A stretch of 64,000 nt of DNA from Candidatus Aenigmatarchaeota archaeon. Its GTDB lineage: Archaea > Aenigmatarchaeota > Aenigmatarchaeia > CG10238-14. This document shows, one piece after another, positions 50,596-59,610 of the stretch. Every line of letters begins with the position of its first letter. The stretch's first letter is position 1. The notes below the pieces were generated by a model. It worked only from the letters and a program-made list of their open reading frames with translations, ran no database searches and had not been told where the DNA came from. The position numbers and the translations under genes are program-made. Location of the stretch: contig JAHLMM010000001.1 in the NCBI GenBank assembly GCA_018920365.1, positions 199,628 to 263,627 of the forward strand. The letters run 5' to 3'.

Positions 50596-52454
50596 GAATA
50601 ATACAACATCATGTTGATTTTATAGAATATAGACCTATTGAGAAAGAGATTGATTTTGCCGAGGAAATAGAAAAGAAAAGCGTAAGACTTGAAGATATTG
50701 TCGTCCTATTTACAAGTGTTGAAGAAGGAGATAATGAATCTGTCGCAAAACATGCTATTTCTCAGATAAAACAATCCATTTCAAACCTAAAAGCAAACAA
50801 GATATTAATATATCCATATGCCCATCTAAGTTCAAACTTGGCAAAACCATCAGAAGCTTTACAATTGCTTAAAAAAATGGAAGAATTTGCAAAAGAGCAA
50901 GGCATTCAAGTTTATAGAGCACCATTTGGATGGAACAAACAGTTTGAGTTGAAGACAAAAGCTCATCCAATGGCTGAGCAATTTAAAGTTTTCACACCAG
51001 AGCAAGCAAAAGAAGAAGATGTTTCTCAATCTTTAAAGCAAGAAGAAAAGGTAAAGTCAGAATGGTTTATATTAACACCAGACGGAAAGCTAACAGACGC
51101 TTTAAAGTTTGATTTTAAAGGCCATGAAAATTTGAAAAAATTCTTTAATTATGAGTACGCGAAGGTCAGAGCCGTATCTGAAATTCCGCCACATGTAAAA
51201 TTAATGAAAGCTTTAGAATTGGTTGACTATGAGCCAGGATCAGATCCCGGAAATTTTAGGTTTTTACCTAAAGGCCGTCTAGTAAAATCATTAATGGAGC
51301 AATGGATAACTCAAAAAGTTATAAAATATGGAGCAATGGAAGTTGAAACACCTATAATGTATGATTATGATCATCCGGCTTTGAAAGAATATTTAAACAG
51401 ATTTCCAGCAAGGCAATATACATTAGAATCAGCAAAGAAAAAATTCTTTTTAAGATTTGCCGCATGCTTTGGTCAGTTTTTGACTATGTCAGCTTCAAAC
51501 ATATCATACAAAGATTTGCCTATGAAAGTGTTTGAGCTTACGAGATATTCTTTCAGGCTAGAAAAAGCAGGTGAATTGGTCGGATTAAGAAGATTAAGAG
51601 CGTTCACAATGCCTGATATGCATACTTTATGCAGAGATTTAAAGACAGCAAGAGAAGAATTTTATAATCAATTCAAGTTAGGTGTTGAAACATTAAAGGA
51701 TTTAGACATAAGTAGTGAAGATTTTGAAGTTGCAATTAGATTTACAAAAGACTTTTGGAATGAAAACAAAGATTTTGTTTTGTCATTAGTAAAAATAGTT
51801 AACAAACCAGTGCTAATAGAGATGTGGAATTTTAGATATGCATATTTTGATCCTAAATTCGAGTTTAATTTTGTTGATTCAATGGATAAAGCATCTGCAT
51901 TAACAACAGTGCAAATAGATCATGAGAATGGAAAGAGATTCAACATAGAATATACAGATGAAGATGGAAAAAGGAAAAATCCTTATATTTTGCACTGCTC
52001 GCCATCAGGTAGCTTGGAAAGATGTTTTTATGCAATGTTAGAAAAGAATTATATGAAATCAAAGAAAGGTGAAAATCCAGTATTGCCTTTGTGGCTTTCA
52101 CCAACTCAAGTTAGACTTTGTCCGATAAACCAAGACTATATTGAATACAGCAAGGAAATAATGGTAGAACTGGAAAAGAATAATATAAGAGTTGATATAG
52201 ATGACAGAAGTGAAAGAATACAGAAAAAAGTGAGAGATGCAGAAATGGAATGGGTTCCATACATCCTTGTTATAGGTAGAAATGAAAAGGAGAGCAAGCA
52301 ATTTAATGTTAGAAAAAGAGAAGATAAAAGCGTTGAAGTAAAAATGACAATAGATCAATTAGTTAAAGAAATAAAAGAGAAGACAAAGGATAAACCATTC
52401 AAAGAGTTACCTTTGCCTAAACTGATATCAAAAAGACCTATTTTTATAGGTTAA
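50592..52454 (+). CDS. thrS: Archaeal threonyl-tRNA synthetase with N-terminal editing domain
   Basis: YPYAHLS, RAPFGW, RFAAC, RLRAFTMPDMH, HCSPSGSLER. Confidence 0.96.
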   Translation: MRIIQHHVDFIEYRPIEKEIDFAEEIEKKSVRLEDIVVLFTSVEEGDNESVAKHAISQIKQSISNLKANKILIYPYAHLSSNLAKPSEALQLLKKMEEFAKEQGIQVYRAPFGWNKQFELKTKAHPMAEQFKVFTPEQAKEEDVSQSLKQEEKVKSEWFILTPDGKLTDALKFDFKGHENLKKFFNYEYAKVRAVSEIPPHVKLMKALELVDYEPGSDPGNFRFLPKGRLVKSLMEQWITQKVIKYGAMEVETPIMYDYDHPALKEYLNRFPARQYTLESAKKKFFLRFAACFGQFLTMSASNISYKDLPMKVFELTRYSFRLEKAGELVGLRRLRAFTMPDMHTLCRDLKTAREEFYNQFKLGVETLKDLDISSEDFEVAIRFTKDFWNENKDFVLSLVKIVNKPVLIEMWNFRYAYFDPKFEFNFVDSMDKASALTTVQIDHENGKRFNIEYTDEDGKRKNPYILHCSPSGSLERCFYAMLEKNYMKSKKGENPVLPLWLSPTQVRLCPINQDYIEYSKEIMVELEKNNIRVDIDDRSERIQKKVRDAEMEWVPYILVIGRNEKESKQFNVRKREDKSVEVKMTIDQLVKEIKEKTKDKPFKELPLPKLISKRPIFIG

Positions 52455-52456
52455 GT

Positions 52457-53275
52457 TTATTTTTTAGTTGGGTGTGAATTTTCCCAAATCAAATTAAATA
52501 CAGGATTTAGTATATCTCTTGAAGCATGCTCTGATTTTGTCCAAAACATCATATGTTGTGTATCACTTGTTTCAGGATGTGACAAGCTCATCATTGTTTG
52601 TTGATTGTCGACTATAAAGAATTTGCCGCCTATTGGTATTTTTTCATCAGCTATTTTTCTTATTTCTGCAACTTCTTGCAATGCCTTTACTGCATCACCA
52701 CATGAATTATCAATTTTTGATGCAATTTTTATTTCAATGCCTTTTTGCTTTAAATTTTTCAGCATATTGTAATGATTTTCATATAATTCATTCAATCCTG
52801 ATGGCGTTGTTACTATATTCACAGATGAAGTTGCTGATTTTAACATTGAGTCAAGCTGTTGCAACACTGAATATTTACCTTTCAAAGAACCGCTTATATC
52901 TTCAGGTGAAACTGTTGTCAACCCTTGTTTGTGTATAGCTTCTAATTCTTGCAAAAGACTAGAAGATTTTAACCTATCTATTCTATCTATTCTCAATTCA
53001 TAATCTTGCTTCATTTTTAGTTTAACTCTCTCTAAAGCTTCTGATGGTGGTACAGCAACATATTTCAATGGTTTTGAGCTTTGCAATATAACATATCCTT
53101 TTTCAGCCAGTGTCTGCAAAACATCGTATGTTCTTGATCTAGGCACATTTGTTATTGTTGATAGCTCACCTGCAGTTGCAACACCTTTTGCAAGAAGAGC
53201 AACCCAAAGTTTTCTTTCATATAAATTCAAACCAATTCCTTTTAATGTATCCATAAGTTGTGGCGATCCTAACAT
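52457..53275 (-). CDS. TrmB family regulator
   Basis: GLNLYE, VPRSRTYDVL..L..KG, IVD. Confidence 0.9.
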   Translation of the reverse strand: MLGSPQLMDTLKGIGLNLYERKLWVALLAKGVATAGELSTITNVPRSRTYDVLQTLAEKGYVILQSSKPLKYVAVPPSEALERVKLKMKQDYELRIDRIDRLKSSSLLQELEAIHKQGLTTVSPEDISGSLKGKYSVLQQLDSMLKSATSSVNIVTTPSGLNELYENHYNMLKNLKQKGIEIKIASKIDNSCGDAVKALQEVAEIRKIADEKIPIGGKFFIVDNQQTMMSLSHPETSDTQHMMFWTKSEHASRDILNPVFNLIWENSHPTKK

Positions 53276-53362
53276 ATCATTACCTCTTATTACTTTATAA
53301 TAGACATATATTTAAAAATTAATATTTTTAAGATAAATTTAAGATAAATTTTATTTCTATTT

Positions 53363-55066
53363 TTATTTAGATTTTTTTTGCATATTGTAAAGGTATTTTA
53401 TTCTTTCAATTGTATCGACATCATCAATACCTTTATCCTCTCTTAAAGATATAAATCTAGGAAATCTTAACGCAAAACCAGAATCATAATTCGGTGATTT
53501 TTGGATTTCTTGATAATCCACAGAAATTACAACTTTTGGTTTTATTTTTATTTGGCTTGCATCTTCAGATATTATAAGAGGCTTTAATATTTCTGTCAAT
53601 TCCTTGAATGTTATATCTGTTTCAGCTGTTTTCTTCTCCTTGACACCTGTGCCAAGCATTCCACATTCCAGAAATTTACCGGTTTTCTCATCTTTACAAC
53701 CCAATATAAATGACCCCATCCATCCAGCTCTTTTACCAGTACCCCATGTAGCACCTATTATAGCAAGATCAAGTGTTTCCATAGTCGGTTTTAACTTATA
53801 CCATCCTCCAACTTTTCTTCCAAAAACATATTTTGACTCTATTACTTTTAGGAACAAACCTTCTTGCTTTGCATTCAAAGATTCTTTATAGAATTTTTTC
53901 AATTCATTTACTTTATCTGTTATAATTTGCTTGGCTAAAACAAACCTGTTTGGTATCTGTTTTATCGCTTTTTCAAGGTATTTTCTTCTTTCTAAAAGAT
54001 TTTTGTCAAGTAACTGCTCATCTTCATACAAAACTATATCAAAAAAGTTTATTTGTATAGGTATTTCTTCAACCATCTTCTCAATGTCATACTTTCTTTG
54101 TATTCTTTGCGATAATATTTGAAATGGTAAAGGCTGGTAATTTTTATCAACTCCAACTACTTCTCCTTCTAAAACACATCTCTTTACTTTAATATTGTCT
54201 TTGCAAAGTTTAACTAAATCTGGAAACTGTTTTGTAACATTTTCAAGTCTTCTTGTGTATATCCATATTTTATCACCATCTTTATGTATCTGTGCTCTCA
54301 TTCCATCATACTTGAATTCTGCAGCGATCTTGCCAAAATTTTTGATTATTTCTTCAATACTTTCAGCTTTTTCACCTAACATTACTTGAATTGGCTGTCC
54401 TATTTTTATTTTTATTTTTTTCAAACCTTCAATTCCCTTGCTCTTTGCAATTAATGCAACTTCACCAAAGTCTGGATATATATTCAAAGCATAATCTACA
54501 GCGTCTTTTGATTCTTTATCATCTTCTAAAAACGCTTTTGCAATGGCATCTCTTATTATACCTTCTGCAACACCGACTCTCAAATCACCTAAAATAGTTC
54601 TAACAATGTATTTTGCTTCCTTTGGTTTTGCAAAAGAAAGCAATTCTGATATCAAATTTAGTTTTTTATCTTGTGTCCCAACTCCTTCTATATAAGCCAA
54701 TTCCTGTAAATTTTTAAAAACTGCTGATATATCTAATTCCTTTTTTACAAGGACAGATTGCTTTTTTTCTTCTGTTAATTTTTCTACTACTACACCCAAG
54801 TCACCAAGCTTCTTAAACTCATCTTCAACTCTTTTAATTTCATGTCCTGTAGATTTTGCAATAGCTTTGATCATCATTTGTATAGCTATACCAAGTTCAT
54901 ACCCGTAAAATTTTGGGAAGACAATACCTTGAATTAAAAGAACAACTTTTTGCAATTCATCGTCTGATGTTTTTTTCATCAAATTTGCTATTATTTCAGT
55001 TTTTTTGATTTTAGATGAATTTTTTTCAAGATCTTGATATACTTCAACCAGTTCTTGATATTTCAT
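53363..55066 (-). CDS. lig: ATP-dependent DNA ligase
   Basis: EFKYDG, LEGE, EGLFLK, WYKLK, RFPRF. Confidence 0.96.
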   Translation of the reverse strand: MKYQELVEVYQDLEKNSSKIKKTEIIANLMKKTSDDELQKVVLLIQGIVFPKFYGYELGIAIQMMIKAIAKSTGHEIKRVEDEFKKLGDLGVVVEKLTEEKKQSVLVKKELDISAVFKNLQELAYIEGVGTQDKKLNLISELLSFAKPKEAKYIVRTILGDLRVGVAEGIIRDAIAKAFLEDDKESKDAVDYALNIYPDFGEVALIAKSKGIEGLKKIKIKIGQPIQVMLGEKAESIEEIIKNFGKIAAEFKYDGMRAQIHKDGDKIWIYTRRLENVTKQFPDLVKLCKDNIKVKRCVLEGEVVGVDKNYQPLPFQILSQRIQRKYDIEKMVEEIPIQINFFDIVLYEDEQLLDKNLLERRKYLEKAIKQIPNRFVLAKQIITDKVNELKKFYKESLNAKQEGLFLKVIESKYVFGRKVGGWYKLKPTMETLDLAIIGATWGTGKRAGWMGSFILGCKDEKTGKFLECGMLGTGVKEKKTAETDITFKELTEILKPLIISEDASQIKIKPKVVISVDYQEIQKSPNYDSGFALRFPRFISLREDKGIDDVDTIERIKYLYNMQKKSK

Positions 55067-55121
55067 AAAATAATACAGTGATTGTTAAAATTTATTATTC
55101 TCATTTTACCATTCATTAATT

Positions 55122-55841
55122 ATGGATATATTTGATGCAATGGAGACCAGAGTTAATGTCAAAGTTTTTGATAAAAGAGATGTTCCTGATGAATTGATAG
55201 CTCAAGTATTAATGGCTGGTACATTTGCCGCGTCAGCTGGTGACATTCAACCTTGGGAGTTTATTATAGTTAAAGAAAAAACAACAAAAACAGAATTATC
55301 TCTTGCATGTTTAAGGCAAAAACATGTTGAAGACGCACCGCTGATTATAGTTGTTTGTGCAAATTTAGAAAGAGTTGCTTTAAAGTTTAGCGAAAGAGGT
55401 AAGCAATTTTATGCTGTTCAGGATACAGGAGCGTGCATTCAAAACATGCTTTTAGCAGCTCATGCTCTTGGTTTAGGTGCATCTTGGGTGCATGCTTTTG
55501 AAGAAGAAGCTGTAAAAAGAATATTGAAATTACCTGATAAGATAAAACCGATGGGTGTTTTGGCTATAGGATTTCCTTTGCCTTACGAAAAATATTACAA
55601 AACTGAAGTAATACCGTTTGAAAATATATCATGGTCAGAAGAATATGGGAAAGAGCTGCCATGGTTTTTGAATGAAACTGGAAAAGATAGATTTACCTGG
55701 AAAAAATCAATTTATGAAAGGGCAAAAGATGTTGATGTGAACATAAAATTGCCTGAAAAAAAGGAAAAACAGCAGCTTAAGATAAACTTTTATGAAACTG
55801 TCTTTAATTGGATAAAGAAATTGAGACAAAGAAAAACTTAA
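55122..55841 (+). CDS. Nitroreductase family protein
   Basis: ASAGDIQPWEF, QNMLLAAHALGLG. Confidence 0.9.
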   Translation: MDIFDAMETRVNVKVFDKRDVPDELIAQVLMAGTFAASAGDIQPWEFIIVKEKTTKTELSLACLRQKHVEDAPLIIVVCANLERVALKFSERGKQFYAVQDTGACIQNMLLAAHALGLGASWVHAFEEEAVKRILKLPDKIKPMGVLAIGFPLPYEKYYKTEVIPFENISWSEEYGKELPWFLNETGKDRFTWKKSIYERAKDVDVNIKLPEKKEKQQLKINFYETVFNWIKKLRQRKT

Positions 55842-55864
55842 TATAGGGAAAACAATTTATTATT

Positions 55865-57274
55865 ATGGTGTTTGATTTGAGAAAAATGCTTATTTTTGCA
55901 TTTGTTTTAATACTTTTATCATCAGTAAATGCTGTTGTTATTGAATTCACTCAAGTTCCTGATACTATATATACACTTGAAAAAACAGAAATTAAATTTA
56001 AAATAACAAACGATGGTAGTAAAAAAGACACATACTATATTGGCGTTTGGCCAACAAATTGGGTAATGCTTGAAAAGTATTTTGTAATTTTAAATCCTGG
56101 AGAATCAGAAATTGTATCTTTTGTTGTTGAGCCACCAATAGATTCAAACATAGGTAATGTTATATTTACTGTTACAGCAAGATCAACTGATACAAAGGAT
56201 TATGGGTCAAACGATGTTGTTTTGAATATAAGAAGGAGAACAGGTACATACATATCACAGCTAAAGTTAAATCAAGAAATTTTAAAACCAGGAGACACGC
56301 TTGTAATTCAGCCTCTTGTTGTTAATTTAGACAAAACTCAAAGCAAAAGAGTGATAATATCAGCTAAAATATTCAAAGAGGATAAATTGATAAAATCTAT
56401 AGAAGAAGAGGCTTTGATACAACCAGCATCAACAAAAACAGTGTCATTTCCATTTGAAGTGAAGAACATTCACACTTATGGCACATACAATGTCCAGGTT
56501 TTCATGACAGATGTATATGGCTCACCTATACATTCCAAATCTGCAAGTTTTGTAATAAAGAAATTTGACAATTTTCAGGAGAATAAATATGTTGATTATG
56601 GTTTTCTTGAAAGTACGTTCACAATAAATATTACAAATAAAGGTAATGTTCCAGGAGCATCATATATAGTTACAGAATCAATGCCAAAAATTTCTAAATA
56701 TTTCTTTTATCCAGAAAAAGAACCAGATTTGTCTGAAACAACTGATAACAGAGTGGTGTATAGCTGGAAAATTAGTGGTTTAGATCCAGATGAAACAGCT
56801 ACGATAAAATACAAGTTAAGATTTACTAATGTTGCAATAGCTATATTTTTGTCTCTTTTATTGATATCATTAATTATAACAATATTTCACAAGCCTACAT
56901 TGATGAAAAAATATTCTTCTTTGATAAAACCTGATAAAGAGACTTTGATTACGCTTCATGTAAAGAATAATTCAATAAGAGACATTGAAAACATTATAGT
57001 TAAAGATACTATACCATCAGTGTTTGCCATAATAAAAGAGTTTGATACCTTAAAACCAGAAGTAAAGACAACTCAAACAGGAACAGTGCTTTTGTGGAAG
57101 ATTGATAAACTGAAACCAAAAGAAGACAGAGTGTTGACTTATAAGATAAAACCTGTTGTCAATATAGAGGGTAAGCCAAAACTACCAAAAGCACACTTTA
57201 GCTATAAGCTTGGAAAGACAATAATACACAAAGTCGCAGAAAAAATAGTTCTTTTTTCGAAAAGAGTTAAATGA
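55865..57274 (+). CDS. Single-pass membrane protein with Ig-like domains on both sides
   Basis: Signal peptide, beta-rich domains (ITN.G, L.PGE), TM helix near aa 320-340. Confidence 0.7.
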   Translation: MVFDLRKMLIFAFVLILLSSVNAVVIEFTQVPDTIYTLEKTEIKFKITNDGSKKDTYYIGVWPTNWVMLEKYFVILNPGESEIVSFVVEPPIDSNIGNVIFTVTARSTDTKDYGSNDVVLNIRRRTGTYISQLKLNQEILKPGDTLVIQPLVVNLDKTQSKRVIISAKIFKEDKLIKSIEEEALIQPASTKTVSFPFEVKNIHTYGTYNVQVFMTDVYGSPIHSKSASFVIKKFDNFQENKYVDYGFLESTFTINITNKGNVPGASYIVTESMPKISKYFFYPEKEPDLSETTDNRVVYSWKISGLDPDETATIKYKLRFTNVAIAIFLSLLLISLIITIFHKPTLMKKYSSLIKPDKETLITLHVKNNSIRDIENIIVKDTIPSVFAIIKEFDTLKPEVKTTQTGTVLLWKIDKLKPKEDRVLTYKIKPVVNIEGKPKLPKAHFSYKLGKTIIHKVAEKIVLFSKRVK

Positions 57275-57314
57275 ATAAATGCTTAAATTAATTTTATCCT
57301 TAAAATATTATTGA

Positions 57315-57427
57315 CCCCCTGTAGCTCAACGGTAGAGCATTCGGCTGTAGGCATTTGCATATGCATTTGCCACCGGCATTTGCTCGCAGAAACCGAAGGG
57401 TTGCTGGTTCAAATCCGGCCGGGGGGA
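57315..57427 (+). tRNA. tRNA-Tyr(GTA) with 41-nt intron at 37/38 (57351-57391)
   Basis: C1-G72 acceptor, A73, anticodon arm TTCGG-CTGTAG|A-CCGAA, CUGU/GCAG central helix. Confidence 0.92.
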
Positions 57428-57513
57428 TTTATAATCGAAAAGTATATAAATTCAAATGAATAATTGTTGTGATTAATAGAGATAGATTTAAATATTTTAA
57501 TAACATAATCACA

Positions 57514-57631
57514 TGGTTGGCGACCAAAACGAAAAGGAAACACCCGTTCCCATTTCGAACACGGAAGTTAAGCTTTTCGGTGATTTGAGTTGTACTGCAT
57601 TCGTGCGGGAAGCTCAAGACGTTGCCAACCA
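57514..57631 (+). rRNA. rrf: 5S rRNA
   Basis: Terminal helix TGGTTGGC/GCCAACCA, conserved CCCGTTCCCATTTCGAACACGGAAGTTAAG. About 118 nt. Confidence 0.93.
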
Positions 57632-57723
57632 ATTACGCTTAAACGGTGACCTATTATTGATTAAAAGAGCCCACCCCCAAAATATAAATTTTATAAAGTT
57701 CTTAAATAAAAAATCAGTTATTT

Positions 57724-57827
57724 GCTCTGGTGGTGTAGCTCGGCCTAATCATATAGAGACCAATCATACGGGACTGTCATCATATGGCAGAACTCCCGTG
57801 ACCCGGGTTCAAATCCCGGCCAGAGCG
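57724..57827 (+). tRNA. tRNA-Asp(GTC) with two introns (21/22: 57748-57763; 37/38: 57780-57792)
   Basis: Acceptor GCTCTGG/CCAGAGC, G73. Removing both BHB-like introns gives a 75-nt cloverleaf. Confidence 0.88.
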
Positions 57828-57845
57828 TATACAAAAGGTGATTAA

Positions 57846-58094
57846 TTGAAAGACGAAATGAAAATAGATGTTTTATCTCATGAATTGGTACCAAAGCATT
57901 ACATTGTTTCTGAAGAGGAAAAACAAAAAATAAAAGAGAAATACAAAATAGACAAAGACAACAAATTTCCACAAATAAAAGCAAAGGATCCTGTTGTAAA
58001 AGCAATAGGCGCAAAACCCGGTGATATAATAAAAATAGTGAGAAAAAGCAATGTAGCAAAAGAAATTGTCTATTATAGAATTGTTGTGGAGTGA
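57846..58094 (+). CDS. rpoH: RNA polymerase subunit Rpo5 (H)
   Basis: HELVPKH, PQI...DPV, GDIIKIVR, YYR. Confidence 0.96.
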   Translation: MKDEMKIDVLSHELVPKHYIVSEEEKQKIKEKYKIDKDNKFPQIKAKDPVVKAIGAKPGDIIKIVRKSNVAKEIVYYRIVVE

Positions 58095-58098
58095 TATT

Positions 58099-59610
58099 AT
58101 GAATGAATATATGACTTTGTTAAAATCGTTTGCACGCGACGAAGGTCTGATTAGATTTCAGATAGAATCCTACAATGACTTTATAGAAAACAGAATACCA
58201 AACATCATAAAACAAATAAAAGAAATTAAACCAGAAGTTCCTGACTTGGGAGAGTTTAGAATTAAATTAGGTAAGTTCAAAGTGGGAAAACCATTAGGTA
58301 CAGATATATGGGGTCCTTGGACGAAAGAGGCAGACGGTTCAGAAAGACCAATATTGCCTCAAGAATCGAGAATAAGAAATCTAACATATTCTGCTCCAAT
58401 GTATCTTGAAATGACACCAAACTTGAATGGTATAGATAGCGAAACAATTACAGTTAATTTTGGTGATTTGCCTGTCATGCTCAAATCAAAAATATGTCCA
58501 TTGTCGAAAATGGATAGGCAAGAGTTAATCAGAGTTGGAGAAGATCCAGATGATCCAGGAGGTTATTTTATTGTAAATGGTACAGAAAGAGTACTAGTTT
58601 TGATTGAAGAAATATCACCAAATAAAATTCTAGTCGAGTCACCAAGCACACCAAATGTAACAAACATAGCTAGAATACATTCAGAAAGAGATGGTTATAT
58701 TCAAAGACATATAATTGAAAGGAGAAACGATGGCATTATTAGAATAAATTTTGCAAATGTCAACAAAATGCCTATAGTAATTTTACTAAGGGCACTCGGA
58801 TTAGAGACAGATAAAGATATAATAACATTTTTGTCAGATGATCCAGAAGTGCAACAAGAGTTTTATCCAAATTTATTCGAGACGCAATCAGCAACATCAA
58901 AAGAAGCAATAGAAGAAATAGCAGATTTTCTAAAAATAACACAAAAAGAATATAGACAAGACAAAGTCAACAAGTTATTGGATAAATATTTGCTTCCTCA
59001 TTTAGGTCAAGATAAAAAATATAGAATAAACAAAGCATTGTATTTGGCAAAGGCAACAGAAAAAATAATTAAAAATCATCTAAAGAAAGTACCAAAGGAT
59101 GACATTGACCATTATTCGAACAAAAGATTGAAATTGTCAGGAGATTTATTGGAAATATTATTTAGATCTGTGCTGCTTGGTAAATGGGGATTGATAACTA
59201 GAATAACTTACAATTATCAAAAATTAACAAAAAGAGGAAGATTTCCACCCCTGCAATCAATAGTTGAATCAAATGTCTTGACAAATCAAATAATTTCAGC
59301 CATAGCAATAGGCTCATGGGTTGGCGGAAGGACAGGCGTTTCTCAGAGACTTGAAAGAGGAAGCTTTGTTAAAACAGTTTCTCATACAAGAAATGTATTA
59401 TCGCCGTTAACATCAACTCAAGAACACTTTGAAGCAAGAGTTTTGCATCCAACTCAATGGGGAAAAATAGATCCATCACAAACACCAGAAGGTGCAACAA
59501 TTGGGTTAAGAAAATATCTAGCTATAATGGGTCAAATAACAAAGGGTGCAACTGAAAAAGAAGTGAAAATCTTGGAAGATATTTTGTTAAAAGAGGTTGA
59601 TAAAAAATGA
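58099..59610 (+). CDS. rpoB2: RNA polymerase subunit Rpo2N (B'')
   Basis: ESYNDF, RNLTYSAP, DPGGYFIVNGTERV, DHYSNKR, TPEG. Confidence 0.95.
   Translation: MNEYMTLLKSFARDEGLIRFQIESYNDFIENRIPNIIKQIKEIKPEVPDLGEFRIKLGKFKVGKPLGTDIWGPWTKEADGSERPILPQESRIRNLTYSAPMYLEMTPNLNGIDSETITVNFGDLPVMLKSKICPLSKMDRQELIRVGEDPDDPGGYFIVNGTERVLVLIEEISPNKILVESPSTPNVTNIARIHSERDGYIQRHIIERRNDGIIRINFANVNKMPIVILLRALGLETDKDIITFLSDDPEVQQEFYPNLFETQSATSKEAIEEIADFLKITQKEYRQDKVNKLLDKYLLPHLGQDKKYRINKALYLAKATEKIIKNHLKKVPKDDIDHYSNKRLKLSGDLLEILFRSVLLGKWGLITRITYNYQKLTKRGRFPPLQSIVESNVLTNQIISAIAIGSWVGGRTGVSQRLERGSFVKTVSHTRNVLSPLTSTQEHFEARVLHPTQWGKIDPSQTPEGATIGLRKYLAIMGQITKGATEKEVKILEDILLKEVDKK

Noticed and set aside
53328-53349. Tandem TTAAGATAAAT x2 between lig and trmB
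   Set aside because: Short, AT-rich, two copies only. Not a CRISPR array and weak as an operator.
57429-58059. ORF-track entries 57429..57632, 57513..57845 and 57745..58059
   Set aside because: Shadows of 5S rRNA, tRNA-Asp and rpoH.
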